A stretch of DNA of 64,000 nucleotides from Macrostomum lignano (GCA_002269645.1 NIVC01001545.1:180886-244885), one strand, 5' to 3'. Positions 1 through 11,804 are shown, counted from the first letter of the stretch. Notes: generated by a model not told the origin, from the letters alone. Translations and numbers: made by a program.

Positions 1-345
1 CAAATAAACTACAGGTGTGAGATTTTGAGATGGCTAAGCTTTTGTGAGATTTGTGAGATTTTGAATCAAATAAGCTACAGGTGTGAGATTTTGAATCAAA
101 TAAACTACAGGTGTGAGATTTTGAATCAAATAAACTACAGGTGTGAGATTTTGAATCAAATAAACTACTGGTGTGAGATTTTGAATCAAATAAACTACAG
201 GTGTGAGATTTTGAATCAAATAAACTACAGGTGTGAGATTTTGAATCAAATAAACTACAGGTGTGAGATTTTGAATCAAATAAACTACTGGTGTGAGATT
301 TTAAATCAAATAAACTACAGGTGTGAGATTTTGAATCAAATGAGC
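1..345. repeat. 30-bp tandem repeat (intronic, NOP9)
   Basis: About 11 near-identical copies of GTGTGAGATTTTGAATCAAATAAACTACAG; the source of the spurious CEILNQINYR ORF. Confidence 0.95.
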
Positions 346-408
346 TACAAAGAGATTTTGGTTTCAAACAAATTTCCCCAAATGCTCAATGCTTTCCCAT
401 GCCCGCAG

Positions 409-2057
409 CGTCCCCTCCCTGCTGTGCAGCAGCACCGGCTGCTACTTCCTGGAGCAGCTGGTTTCTCTGCTCTCACCGAAGCAGCTCCGCAAATTCGCCT
501 CCGCCCACATCGCCGGCAAGGAGGCTGCGCTGGCCCTGCATCCCAGCGCCAATTTCGTCCTGCAGCGCCTGGCGACAGCGGACCCTCCGCCTGGCGACTG
601 GCTTGCCAAGCTGGTGGCCTCGGCAGTTGGCGACTCGCCCGGTGCCGGCTGGCTGTCCGAGGCGATGCGGCAGTCGCCTGGCAGACAGCAGCAGCTGCTG
701 GTAGGGTCTCCGCTTTCAATTCCTGTTCATGCGCATCACGTGACTCAACACTCCATTATTCAAGCAGACTAAATTGAGTTGTTATAAATGCTAAATGCGA
801 TTCTAATTCATAAACTGACGCAGAGTCGTAGACAGTCAAACGCCTCAAATATTGATTCTTTGACGGCTTTTGCAGGCGACTTGTACCGTGATATCTTGTT
901 TTTGGGTCGTCTAAGAGTCCCTTCTTTCCTATTTTACCTGTGTTACCTGCAGTGACTCCTAGGTGACTCAAGTGATTCTTGGACGCCTCTTGGCCTGGGT
1001 GCAGTTTTCATCGGGTGAGACAATTCTGCTCATTCCCCTGGCTCCTGAGCACATGCTGCGCCAATGCTGTGCGCACGCATACACACGCTCACACAGGGTG
1101 TACATGTACAGCGGCCTGACTTTCGGTCTGAGAGTCAGGCGCCCCCCCCCTGACTATCGCTGCCCCTTCAACACCCCTTCAAAATCACTCAGTATTCTCT
1201 GGGCAAAGTGCTTTGCATCGAATGGGATTTAACTACCGGAGACAATATTTGAGATTAGAAATTAGAATCAATTATAGCCTAGGTTGTAGCCTAGTGAGGG
1301 GTTGTAGCCTAATGGGGGGTTGTAGCCTAGTGTGAGTTGTAGCCTAGTGGGGGGTTGTAGCCTAGTGAGGGGTTGTAGCCTAATGGGGGGTTGTAGCCTA
1401 GTGTGAGTTGTAGCCTAGTGGGGGGTTGTAGCCTAGTGAGGGGTTGTAGCCTAATGGGGGGTTGTAGCCTAGTGTGAGTTGTAGCCTAGTGGGGGTTGTA
1501 GCCTAGTGGGGGTTGTAGCCTAGTGGGGGTTGTAGCCTAGTGGGGGGTTGTAGCCTAGTGGGGGTTGTAGCCTAGTGGGGGTTGTAGCCTAGTGTGAGTT
1601 GTAGCCTAGTGGGGGGTTGTAGCCTAGTGGGGGGTTGTAGCCTAGTGGGGGTTGTAGCCTAGTGGGGGGTTGTAGCCTAGTGGGGGGTTGTAGCCTAGTG
1701 GGGGGTTGTAGCCTAGTGGGGGTTGTAGCCTAGTGGGGGTTGTAGCCTAGTGTGAGTTGTAGCCTAGTGGGGGGTTGTAGCCTAGTGGGGGGTTGTAGCC
1801 TAGTGGGGGTTGTAGCCTATGGGGGTTGTAGCCTATGGGGGTTGTGGCCTAGTGGGGTTGTAGCTAGTGGTTAGAGCGTCAGACTCACGACTTGAAGGTC
1901 AGGGGTTCGATTCTTGACTCACTCGAAACATTTTGGTGTCTTTGAGCAAGACACTCAGCTCTGCATTGCTGCAGTTCACTCGGCTGTAAAATGGGTGCCA
2001 GCATTAGCTGGGGTAATTGGGGATGTGTGGCGAGCCCCCAGACCTGAGGTGTAATCA

Positions 2058-2098
<41 letters not shown>

Positions 2099-3974
2099 AA
2101 ACCTCAGGTAGTGCTAGCTAGGCAGTGCCGAGCTGCTCAGCCTCTGCCCCAAGATGAAGCTCGCCGTCTCCAAGCCCAGCTGATGCGCAAATTCGATTCG
2201 ATAGCTGCATCATCATGAAAGTCTGCAGACTCCTCATCGGCGCTGTTCGACACTGTTGCAGCTGTGGGCGCCGGCGCAGACGGCGGCGTGGGCGTTGCCG
2301 GCGGCCAGCTGCTGGAGGAGCTGCTCCGCTTTGCTGACACGAAGCTGCTGTGCACCAGCCTGATGCACTCTCAACCGCTGCGGCTTGCCCTGCTGTGCCG
2401 GTGTCCGCGCGGCAACCGGGTGTTTGAGGCCTGTTTGAGCAGCTCCACTGTGCCAGCCGACATCAAGCTGGGCCTGTGCGATCGGCTGCTGGTGAGCTGC
2501 GGACTGTTGCCCTTGCTTTTATTGTATCAGCAATTCTGCTTATTGGCTGTGTGGGAGAAATCTGTTTTTGTTTTAATGCTGTTAAAGTTAAAGCCGGTGC
2601 GTTTCTTAGAATCGCCCTCAGCCTCATTCTTAGAATCGTCTTAGAATCTCATTCTCAGAATCTCGTATCTCATTCTCAGAATCTTGTATCTCATTCTCTG
2701 AATCTTGTATCTCATTCTCAGAATCTTCTATCTCATTCTCAGAATCTTGTATCTCATTCTTAGAATCTTGTATCTCATTCTTAGAATCTAGTATCTCTTT
2801 CTTAGAATCTTGTATCTCATTCTTAGAATCTCCCTGTATCTCATTCTCTGAATCTTGTATCTCATTCTTAGAATCTTGTATCTCATTCTTAGAATCTAGT
2901 ATCTCTTTCTTAGAATCTAGTATCTCTTTCTTAGAATCTCCCTGTATCTCATTCTTAGAATCTCATTCAATCTCATTCTTAGAATCGCCCATAGTCTGAT
3001 TCTTAGAATCGCCCATAGTCTGATTCTTAGAATCGCCCTCAGTCTGATTCTTAGAATCGCCTTCAGTCTGATTCTTAGATCGCCTTCAGTCTGATTCTTA
3101 GATCGCCTTCAGTCTGATTCTTAGAATCGCCCATAGTCTGATTCTTAGAATCGCCCTCAGTCTGATTCTTAGAATCGCCTTCAGTCTGATTCTTAGAATC
3201 GCCCTCAGTCTGATTCTTAGAATCGCCTTCAGTCTGATTCTAAGATTGGCCCTGTATCTCTGGGTGTTTAAGAGTCCACCAGGTCTTGTAGTCGAGCAGG
3301 AAAAAGTAATGAGCAATAAAAGGCTCAAGTGATTTAATATTTACGCCTCCTAGACTGGTCCACCTTAAATTAATAAACTCTAAAGTTTATGTCTAAAGTT
3401 TATATTATAACAAACATCTTTGCGTTACTGATGCAATATTGCGTGTAAAAAGTAAAAAAAATACTAAGCGTTTATTAAGTATCCTACTTACAGTAGAAAT
3501 ATAAGAAAAATATTTTTAAAAGCCGTCTTAGCTCAAGAAATGCCTGATATGTTAAATTCGAAAAAAATCAATCCCCAGGACAACCTGGCGGAGCTGAGCT
3601 GCGACAAGCACGGCAGCCGAGTTCTGGACGCCTTCTGGGCTGTCGGCGATCACCGGCTGCGCGAACGCGTGGCCCGCCAGCTGGCCGCCGGCGGCCGGGC
3701 AGCGCTGGAGCGGCTGCGGCTTGACCGGTTCGGCAGATTCGCCTGCCAGAAATTTGCACCCGAGCTGCTGGCTGCCCGGCCAGGAGACTGGAAGCGGCTG
3801 CAGCAGCGGCTGGACGAGGCCCAGAAGCAAAAGCAGAAACAGCAGGACCAGCCAAAGCGTCCCCGCGAAGATGTAACAGCTGCGGAAGCAGAAGACAGTC
3901 AGCAGCCGAAGTCTAAAAGGCGACATAAAATGTGGCCAAAGAAGCAGAAAAAACCGCCTGCCAAGAGCCAGTAG
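409..3974 (+). CDS. NOP9: Nucleolar protein 9 (Pumilio-repeat 40S biogenesis factor), 3' exons 409-700, 2108-2491, 3579-3974
   Basis: Translation contains FLEQLV..LALHPSANFVLQRL, GNRVFEACLSSSTVP and LSCDKHGSRVLDAFW...DRFG, matching NOP9 motifs as I recall them. GT-AG sites are phase-compatible (cag|409, 700|gtaggg, cag|2108, 2491|gtgagc, cag|3579). In-frame TGA at 2216-2218. 5' exons lie outside the window. Confidence 0.88.
1275..1860 (+). repeat. 18-20-bp minisatellite GTTGTAGCCTAGTGGGG(G) derived from a tRNA-like SINE head
   Basis: About 30 tandem units that run directly into the SINE 5' end. Most units contain TAGCCTAGTGG, a Pol III A-box consensus. Confidence 0.9.
1854..2097 (+). mobile_element. 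tRNA-derived SINE (CORE-like) with (ATT)n tail
   Basis: A box TAGCTAGTGG (1861), B box GGTTCGATTC (1904-1913), conserved-domain-like GTGTCTTTGAGCAAGACACT and CTGTAAAATGGG, ATT tail 2057-2097. Confidence 0.75.
2605..3245. repeat. Adjacent 21-bp and 24-bp tandem repeats (NOP9 intron)
   Basis: Units TCTTAGAATCTTGTATCTCAT, then TTCTTAGAATCGCCCTCAGTCTGA; both share the core TTCTTAGAATC. Confidence 0.9.
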
Positions 3975-4181
3975 TCTGGATAGCCAGTTGACTCCTGTCT
4001 CTGTGGCGCAGTTTTGGTTGCCAATATGAAATACAATACACCAGTTTGAAAGGCCCACTGCCTGCTGCATTTTTATTGTTTGTGCAGATTGACAAATTCT
4101 TTATGGAATCCCTTGCTGTGTTCGTGCGCCTTGTCTTCTTGCCTTCTAGCAGCAGGCTCCCTGCTCCCCATCAGCAGTCTC

Positions 4182-4316
4182 AGTAGTAGGGGAAATGTGG
4201 ACTCTGCCGCAGGAATTTCCGTGGGAAAACCACGGGCCTATAGTGTGTAAACATAGCGCCTATGTAAATGCATTGGTGGACTCTGCCGCAGGGAAAGCCA
4301 CGGAATTTCCATGGGG
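4182..4316 (+). repeat. Left terminal inverted repeat of the Polinton
   Basis: Reverse complement of 20591-20725 with 3 mismatches in 135 bp; contains two copies of TGGACTCTGCCGCAGG. Confidence 0.95.
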
Positions 4317-5170
4317 GGGGTCGGAGAGCGAAATATACGGGCTTTTCATATTACCGATTCCAGAACCAGAATCGGTTCGAAGCTTTTCATATTGTCTGTT
4401 CCGTCTTCATAGTCGGTTCCAGAACCGTGATCCGATTCTGGAATTCGGTTCGAGAAATTTTCTCGATCTTTTGTCATATTTCTATAGAAACGAAAGGACG
4501 AATTTGAAATAACATTTCAAACATTTCAAAAAGAATACTAGTTTCTAGATTTTAGATAGACATGTTTTTATCCTTTAAGAAGTAGACAAAAATAGAATAG
4601 AAAAATTCGACGCTTTTCATTTTCCTACTCGATCTTCAATGAAAAGCCGAATAGAGCTCTATGTAAATGGATTGGTGGACTCTGCCGCCGGGGAAAGCAG
4701 CATAAGTTCCTGGGAAGCCCAAAACTGATTCTCTAAAAATAGTAAAAAACTTCTCTAGTGTACATTAGCCATAGTTAATTGAGAATTGGGTGAACCTGGC
4801 TTCCGATCTCCACAATATTTAAACTTTGTTGGCAGTGGGAATACATAGGCCTATGTTCATGAGTTCCTCCGCACTTTTTTACGAGTCTCGCAAATTGGAC
4901 TGAATTTGTTGTGAAAGTGAGCTTGCAAAGAGCCGTTTATTGCCTTGTTATGGTGTTTTCTTGATACTGCTGATTTGGCCGCGGGGAAGTGGGGTGCAGG
5001 TCTGGGGTGGAGGTCTTTAAAACTAACTGATGCACGCGACGGGGGGAATGTTATCAGTTTTATTATTATTATCGTTCAATAACGGTAAGAAAATAATTAG
5101 TGCATACACATATGTAACGTGTAAACGTATCTGTGTGTGTGTATATAGGCGATATTGCCTGGTGATTTGG

Positions 5171-5180
5171 ATATAAGGAC
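5171..5180 (+). promoter_or_regulatory. Candidate TATA-type promoter motif ATATAAGGAC (left end)
   Basis: 111 bp upstream of ORF1 ATG (5282); the identical 10-mer occurs on the minus strand at 20516-20525, outside the TIRs. Confidence 0.5.
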
Positions 5181-5281
5181 TGAAAAATTCTACTGAGCCA
5201 TTAAAAATAGATTTTGTTGATATTTAAACGGACTTCGAAATTTCAAATTTTCACAAAAAACCCTTGATTAAATTTTAAACC

Positions 5282-6823
5282 ATGAGCCATTCTCGGTGCC
5301 CATCCTACGTTCATGAGGTGTGTGTCACCTGCAATATTAGTATGCTCGGTGGACTAAAGCACCATGTAGCGAATGAAGGCTGCAGTGTCACCTGATGGCT
5401 ACTATGCCATGAATGCCAGTCCGTTGAGCTCTTCACCGTTAGAGGCCAAATCAAAAGGCATAAAAATCATTCGACTGTTAATTGGAGCTCTGCTGAAGAC
5501 CGCGAGCAGGCACGCATTACTGCTCTGGAAGTTGCACGTCAAGAGGAACGCAACAGGGCGGCAGAACGCATTCGAGAGCCGGTGAGCACTTTGAGTCAAG
5601 TTATCACAAGCTTATGCGGCCGAGTAACGAACACTGGTGACCAGCCCAACGCCCAGCCTGCTGCTGCTTCTGCTGCTCTACTCGACGGTGATGTCGGAGC
5701 TCCCCTGCTTGATGCTGCTGATGGAGGTGGCACCCCTGACTTCGAGCTGAATGTGCTGGACACCGCTTTCTTCGAGAACCTCGATGGTGAGCCTGAAGCA
5801 CAGGAGCAGCAAGAAATGCAACAGCAGCAGCAGCGGCGTGCAATCCCTGTTCCCGGAAAAAATATGGAGCGTGCCAGGATGCTGGCAGAAGTCAGCCTGT
5901 CCGACATGATTCGCGATATGGACTCGGGCCCTGCGCCTCCACCACCGCCACCACCGACTGAGGTTCAGCCTGCGGTCGAAGTCAGCCTGTCCGACGTGAT
6001 TCGCGATATGGACTCGGGCCCTGCGCCTCCACCACCGCCACCACCGACTGAGGTTCAGCCTGCGGTCGAAGTCAGCCTGTCCGACGTGATTCGCGATATG
6101 GACTCGGGCCCTGCGCCTCCACCACCGCCACCACCGACTGAGGTTCAGCCTGCGGTCGAAGTCAGCCTGTCCGACGTGATTCGCGATATGGACTCGGGCC
6201 CTGCGCCTCCACCACCGCCACCACCGACTGAGGTTCAGCCTGCGGTCGAAGTCAGCCTGTCCGACGTGATTCGCGATATGGACTCGGGCCCTGCGCCTCC
6301 ACCACCGCCACCACCGACTGAGGTTCAGCCTGCGGTCGAAGTCAGCCTGTCCGACGTGATTCGCGATATGGACTCGGGCCCTGCGCCTCCACCACCGCCA
6401 CCACCGACTGAGGTTCAGCCTGCGGTCGAAGTCAGCCTGTCCGACGTGATTCGCGATATGGACTCGGGCCCTGCGCCTCCACCACCGCCACCACCGACTG
6501 AGGTTCAGCCTGCGGTCGAAGTCAGCCTGTCCGACGTGATTCGCGATATGGACTCGGGCCCTGCGCCTCCACCACCGCCACCACCGACTGAGGTTCAGCC
6601 TGCGGTCGAAGTCAGCCTGTCCGACGTGATTCGCGATATGGACTCGGGCCCTGCGCCTCCACCACCGCCACCACCGACTGAGGTTCAGCCTGCGGCCGCT
6701 AATGAAGTGCAGCAGCCAGCACCTCTCTGCATCCAGCTGGTTCTGCCCAACAGTGTTACGGGTGAATATTGGATTGACTTGGGAGGGGCTTTCCGTATTC
6801 GCCTGAGCAATTCTCAATTCTAA
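5282..6823 (+). CDS. Polinton ORF1: Cys/His-rich N-terminus with LxCxE, acidic/Gln patch and nine 30-aa polyproline repeats; one in-frame TGA
   Basis: The frame of the 5582 track ORF extends upstream to ATG 5282 (MSHSRCPSYVHEVCVTCNISMLGGLKHHVANEGCSVT*WLLCHECQSVELFTVRGQIKRHKNH), with a single TGA at 5393-5395. Confidence 0.65.
5888..6697 (+). repeat. Nine near-identical 90-bp coding tandem repeats
   Basis: Unit encodes EVSLSDVIRDMDSGPAPPPPPPPTEVQPAV; copies start every 90 bp from 5888 to 6608. Confidence 0.97.
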
Positions 6824-7601
6824 ACTAATAACTCTAATGTACCAGTCGTTAAATATTAAATTAGCAAACATTCTGTGTTGAATTAAATTGCGAGATGATT
6901 ATCCGTATATTGAAAAAGTGAATAATGTTTATTTTTCTTTTCAACATCTCATTGCTATTTTTAAAGTTCATATTTATGCACGCAGTGCGCGTTGATCAAT
7001 TGCAAGCTGTGCTTGGGTGTGAATGCAGAATGGGTTTGATTCTGGTTGGGTTTGTAATCTCCTTCTTTAACTTGTGCTTCTAATAATGTAGCGTATCATT
7101 GCATTTTTAAAATATAAGTTTTAAAGCGCAATGAAGCGCAGAATTTTGGAAAAGTTTTCAGCTTTGAGTTATTTTGAATTTTTAGAATTCGTTTCATAAG
7201 ACCCTTTTATTAAACCCATTATGAGACCCCGAAATTTGGCACGTAACGACAAGACCCGAAGTACAACTTTCGAAAATATGTACACTTAATACGAGCGTAT
7301 ATCCACAAATTAGGGATTTGAATTTACTTTTGCAAGAAAAAATAATTTCACAAATATGTATTTCAGCAAATTTCCTCATCTAATTCTCATCGGAAATGCT
7401 CTAAGCCGTGTCATCAACCGAACCGAGATGGCTTCTTCGAGAGACACTTCATCATCATCATCATCAGCAAGTGATCGGCCGCTTGAGTCTACCAATTTTG
7501 CTATCGAAATCGAACCAACCAGTGAGTCAATCCAATGTGATTAGTAAAGCCAGTAAAGTAGACTCTTCCCTCTATAAGTACAAGCAAAAGTAGTCACGAA
7601 A

Positions 7602-7975
7602 CCCGATTCCCGATTCGCCGATTCACCGATTCCCGAATCGCCGATTCACCGATTCCCGATTCGCCGATTCACCGATTCACTGATTCCCGATTCACCGATT
7701 CCCGAATCGCCGATTCACCGATTCCCGATTCGCCAATTCACCGATTCACTGATTCTCGATTCACCGATTCACCGATTCCCGATTCACCGATTCCCGATTC
7801 GCCGATTCACCGATTCCCGATTCCCGATTCCCGATTCACTGATTCCCGATTCCCGATTCACCGATTCCCGATTCGCCGATTCCCGATTCACCGATTCCCG
7901 ATTCGCCGATTCCCGATTCACCGATTCCCGATTCACCGATTCCCGATTCACCGATTCCCGATTCACCGATTCCCG
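7602..7975. repeat. CCGATTC / CACCGATT microsatellite inside the Polinton, upstream of polB
   Basis: Mixed 7-8-bp units built on CCGATT. Confidence 0.92.
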
Positions 7976-8049
7976 CACCATAATGAGGTGGAATTAGGAA
8001 TATGATTTATAAATTTTAACTGTCGAGTGAAACGCGTACACCCAACAAC

Positions 8050-11000
8050 ATGCTAATTCATGCAGGCATTCAATTCAGCTCGGCTATTCACGCTAGTGCG
8101 CATGATGACATGCTGCAGGTCAGACGCTTCACTCCAGCATCAAGAGGTCTCGAGCCATTTCATTTTTTATCATCAACGAAGTTTGCAGTGCTACAGGCTG
8201 TTGAGATGAGATTCGATTCATCCGAGAATAAATCTATTCGAGCGCAGCTTAAGTTCAACATTAGAATGGTGAGAATCAAGGAAGCTGCGGTAATCAATGC
8301 AGAAGATAAGTGGATCGCATGCGGTCTTGAGCTTCTCTCTGATCTAAGAGATTTTGAATTGTGGTGGTTGCAGCAGTTTTCTGAGCTGGAACGCAAGATT
8401 GATGCCTACAATTCAAATGGGAGCGGTTGGATGTTGAGCAAATCACTATTTTGATCTGTGCTCTGCCCTCACTGATCGCATTCGCTACTATCGTGGACGA
8501 TGCGCGAATTTTTCTTTGCCCAATCAGCTGGCCGTTAAGAAGGCCATAATCAACCCACCGAGCGATGGAAACAATTGCTTTCTGTTTGCCTGTCTCGCTT
8601 ACCTGCACAACAGAGATCCAGGTGTGATGAAGTCTTGCCATCGACTAACAACTTACAGCAGATGGTTGGATGAAATCGATCTGAGCGGCATCGCACTACC
8701 AGTCGCAATTTCCGATTTAGACGTTATAGAGGAAAAGAATTCCGAAATCTGTTTCACAGTTTTTAGCTGGGAAGATGATGAGGCCTATGTCATTCGCCAG
8801 CCTCTTCCTGGGATTTGTGCCTCTCGCAAGGTTATTCCTCTACTCTTGCTTCGCAACTCCAGCTCCGATGATGCTGATGATGATGATGTGGTGATGAGAA
8901 TTGTGGGACTGGACACTGGTGTGCAGTTTCGAACCTGGACCGGCTCCTGAACAGCAAAAAAGGTCTGAGGAATCGCAAATGGTGTGAGAAGTGCATTTCT
9001 CCGTTTCGATTCCAGGAAGAGTTGGAGCAGCATCGAGACAGCTGCAATCCTCAACTGAAACCAGCCATCATGGAGCGCATGCCTGATGCAAGTAGCAACA
9101 CAATGCAGTTCATGGCTTGGGAAAAGACAATCAGTCCCCCATTTGTTGTCTACGCAGATTTTGAAGCTCTGAACACCCCACGTGAACCAGTGGAGTCTGA
9201 AAGAGAAGTTACTGTCACCAAGTTAACTGAGCATGTACCTGTAGCTGCTGGCTACATTGTTATTCCAAGAGAGGGTATGAGCAGCAAAATTCTGAGGCCG
9301 AGTGAGGATGTTTTCCTCTGCAGCGGACCCAATCCGAATTCTGTCGTGAAACAGTTTTTGGCCTCACTCGAACGTCTTGCTCGTGAAGTTTATGGTTGGA
9401 ATACCGAGTTTAGTCATCAGATTGCTGACAGAAACAGTGATGACAACAGGCGCAGCTTTCAAGATGCCACACAGTGCTATTTATGCAATGCAGTGTTTAT
9501 TTCATCTTCTGACAAGCACTGGGATCACGACCACCTCAGCGGTGAATACAAGGGTGCTGCCTGCGCTTCGTGTAACAAGCTTGCTCGGCTGAAACGGCGA
9601 TTTTTGCCAATAGTTTTCCACAATCTTCGCGGATATGACCTGCATTTGATTTTCTCAACTGCGCTGGGTGACATGACTGGTTGGAGGGTGAGCGTCATCC
9701 CCCAAACTGCTGAGTCGTACCTCTCCATGAGGGTCGAGTTCCAGATTGATGAGTATGAGAAAGATGGCGTAAAAAAGCCCCTGTTTTTCACGCTACAATT
9801 CATCGACTCACTGCAATTCCTACACAGCAGTCTCTCTCAACTTATTAAGAACTTGCCGGAGGACAACTGCCCCATCACTAATGCGATGCGATCAAAGTAT
9901 CCAAATCTCTCAAGCGATGTACTGTTTAGTAAGGGAGTTTTCCCGTATGATTATCTCTCGAATTTGAATGTGCTTGATGATCGCCAACTACCAAAAGTAG
10001 AAAGCTTTTTTAACCGACTCACCAACAGCCACTGTACCGAGGCGGAGTATCGGCATGCGCAGAAGGCCTGGACTGAATTCGAATCTACAACATTGCGCGA
10101 TTACATGCTCTGCTACTTGGAGCTGGACATCAGGCAACTAGCAGATATCTTTGAAGGGTTTCGAAGGCTGAGTTTGCAGGAAGACAAGCTAGATCCGGTG
10201 CATTTTGTGTCAACTCCAGGCTATCATTCGCTTCTGCACTAAAGTCTTCTCAAGTCAAGATCGAACTGCTAACTGACCTCGAGATGTATAAAATGTTTGA
10301 GAAAGGAATTCGGGGTGGAATGTCTTTTGTCAATGTACATCATGTCCAGAGCGAAAGTAGTGATGATGATAATGAACCAGCAGGTAGGAGTTTACTGGCT
10401 GTTGATGCTAATAACCTTTATGGTCATGCGCTCACAATGCCCCTACCTGTTGGCGGCTTTCGCTGGCTCAGTCAAGAGGAGCTGTGCTCCTGGTCCGAGT
10501 GCCGCTTTCTTTCCCTGGATGATGACGCTCCAATCGGCTACCTTGTCGAAGCGGATTTGCTCTACCCAGCCGAAATCCACACGGCAACGGAGGATCTTCC
10601 ATTCGCCCCAGAGAAAAGGTGTCCGAATTTCGAAGAATTTCCGCAGTACATGCGAGAATTATGGGTACTGCTTCAACATGACAATGATCATTCTCAGCAT
10701 CATCAGCAGCAGCAGCCCGACGCGAACACGACTGAGAATCCTACCGTTGCGCGCTACCGTGGAGTACAAAAATTAATGCTCACATGCCACAACAAGTTTT
10801 CCTATGTACTGCACTCGTCTGCTCTCCGATTCTATCTATCGCACGGAATGAAGTTGCATGGGCTCCACAGGATGATCGAATTCAGGCAAGAACCTGTCTT
10901 CGCGGACTACATTAAGATGAATAGCGAGAAGCGCTCTATGGCGAAAAATGATTTCGAGAAGGATTTCTATAAACTGAAAAATAACTCCCTGTTTGGCAAA

Positions 11001-11804
11001 ACAATGGAGAACGTGCGCAAGCGGCGGGACATCAGAGTGTGTACTGACAAGAAAAAAGCCAAGACTGTTTCTTCTCAACCAAATGTCGCATCATTCACAA
11101 TCATTACGCCGTCACTCAGCATCTTTGAGCTTCAAAAGCACGAAGTAACTCTTGATCGCCCAATCTTCATGGGGCAGTGTGTTCTAGATCGCTCCAAGAT
11201 CATCATGTATCGACTTTACTATGACAAAATAAAACCCATGCTAGAATTCCGTGATGGAGCAAGAGTTCGAGTTTGCGGTGGCGATACAGACTCGTTGTTT
11301 TTGAGCTTAGAGAACCTTAGTTTGCAGAGAGAAGTGCTGCCAATCCTGCATGCCGAAGGCCTCTTGGACACCTCCAATTTTTTCACTAATCATCCTCTCT
11401 TCTCGAATCGGCTAAAGGCCAAGCTAGGCTGCATTAAAGATGAAGCTGGTGGACTGCAACAGATTGAGTGGGTGCTGCTAAGGCCCAAGCTCTATTCTTT
11501 CCTCGCTGAAAGCTCGGCGGCATGCAAAGCAAAAGCAAAAGGCATCCAACGAAGCGTGCTGAAGAATGAAGTCTCCCACGACGACTACGTCAAGATTTTC
11601 AAGGGGGCTTCAAAGCTGTCGCTCACTGTTCGTCGAATTGGAAGTGAGAAACATCGCGTTTTCACCATTGAGCAACGTAAGCTCGCTCTCAGTATCTGGG
11701 AGGACAAGCGAGCGTGGACTGGCTCGAACTCAAGTCTTCCGTTCGGCCACTTTCAGCTGTTAATCAGGGGTAGTCCGAAAAGGACAGCGGACTGCTTAGA
11801 GTGA
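8050..11804 (+). CDS. polB: Protein-primed family B DNA polymerase, split at 3 frameshift junctions
   Basis: Motifs in order: GSGW, KKAIINP..NNCF, GHW, CxxC..H..C finger, YADFE (ExoI), CYLC..DHDH..G..C..CN (His-Me endonuclease insert), FHNLRGYD (ExoII), KGVFPYDY, IRGG, DANNLYG, KLKNNSLFGK, GDTDS, RPKLY. Junctions at about 8440-8452, 8888 and 10221. Confidence 0.97.

Noticed and set aside
25-345. 250-aa ORF with CEILNQINYR repeats
   Set aside because: It is a translation of a 30-bp intronic tandem repeat running into a wrong frame of the NOP9 exon.
1854-1925. Functional tRNA gene
   Set aside because: It lacks a pairing acceptor stem and continues into a SINE body and tail; called as a SINE.
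2216-5395. TGA reassignment (two in-frame TGAs, in NOP9 and ORF1)
   Set aside because: TGA ends polB, the PC4-like ORF, ARFGAP and MMD at the expected places, and TGG is used for Trp throughout.
5678-6871. 397-aa antisense ORF with RWWRWWRRR repeats
   Set aside because: It is the shadow of the 90-bp repeat on the opposite strand.
7428-7544. Mini-ORF MASSRDTSSS as a spliced first exon of polB (donor A|GTGAGT at 7521)
   Set aside because: The nearest acceptor (8027) gives the wrong phase; it cannot be supported without transcripts.
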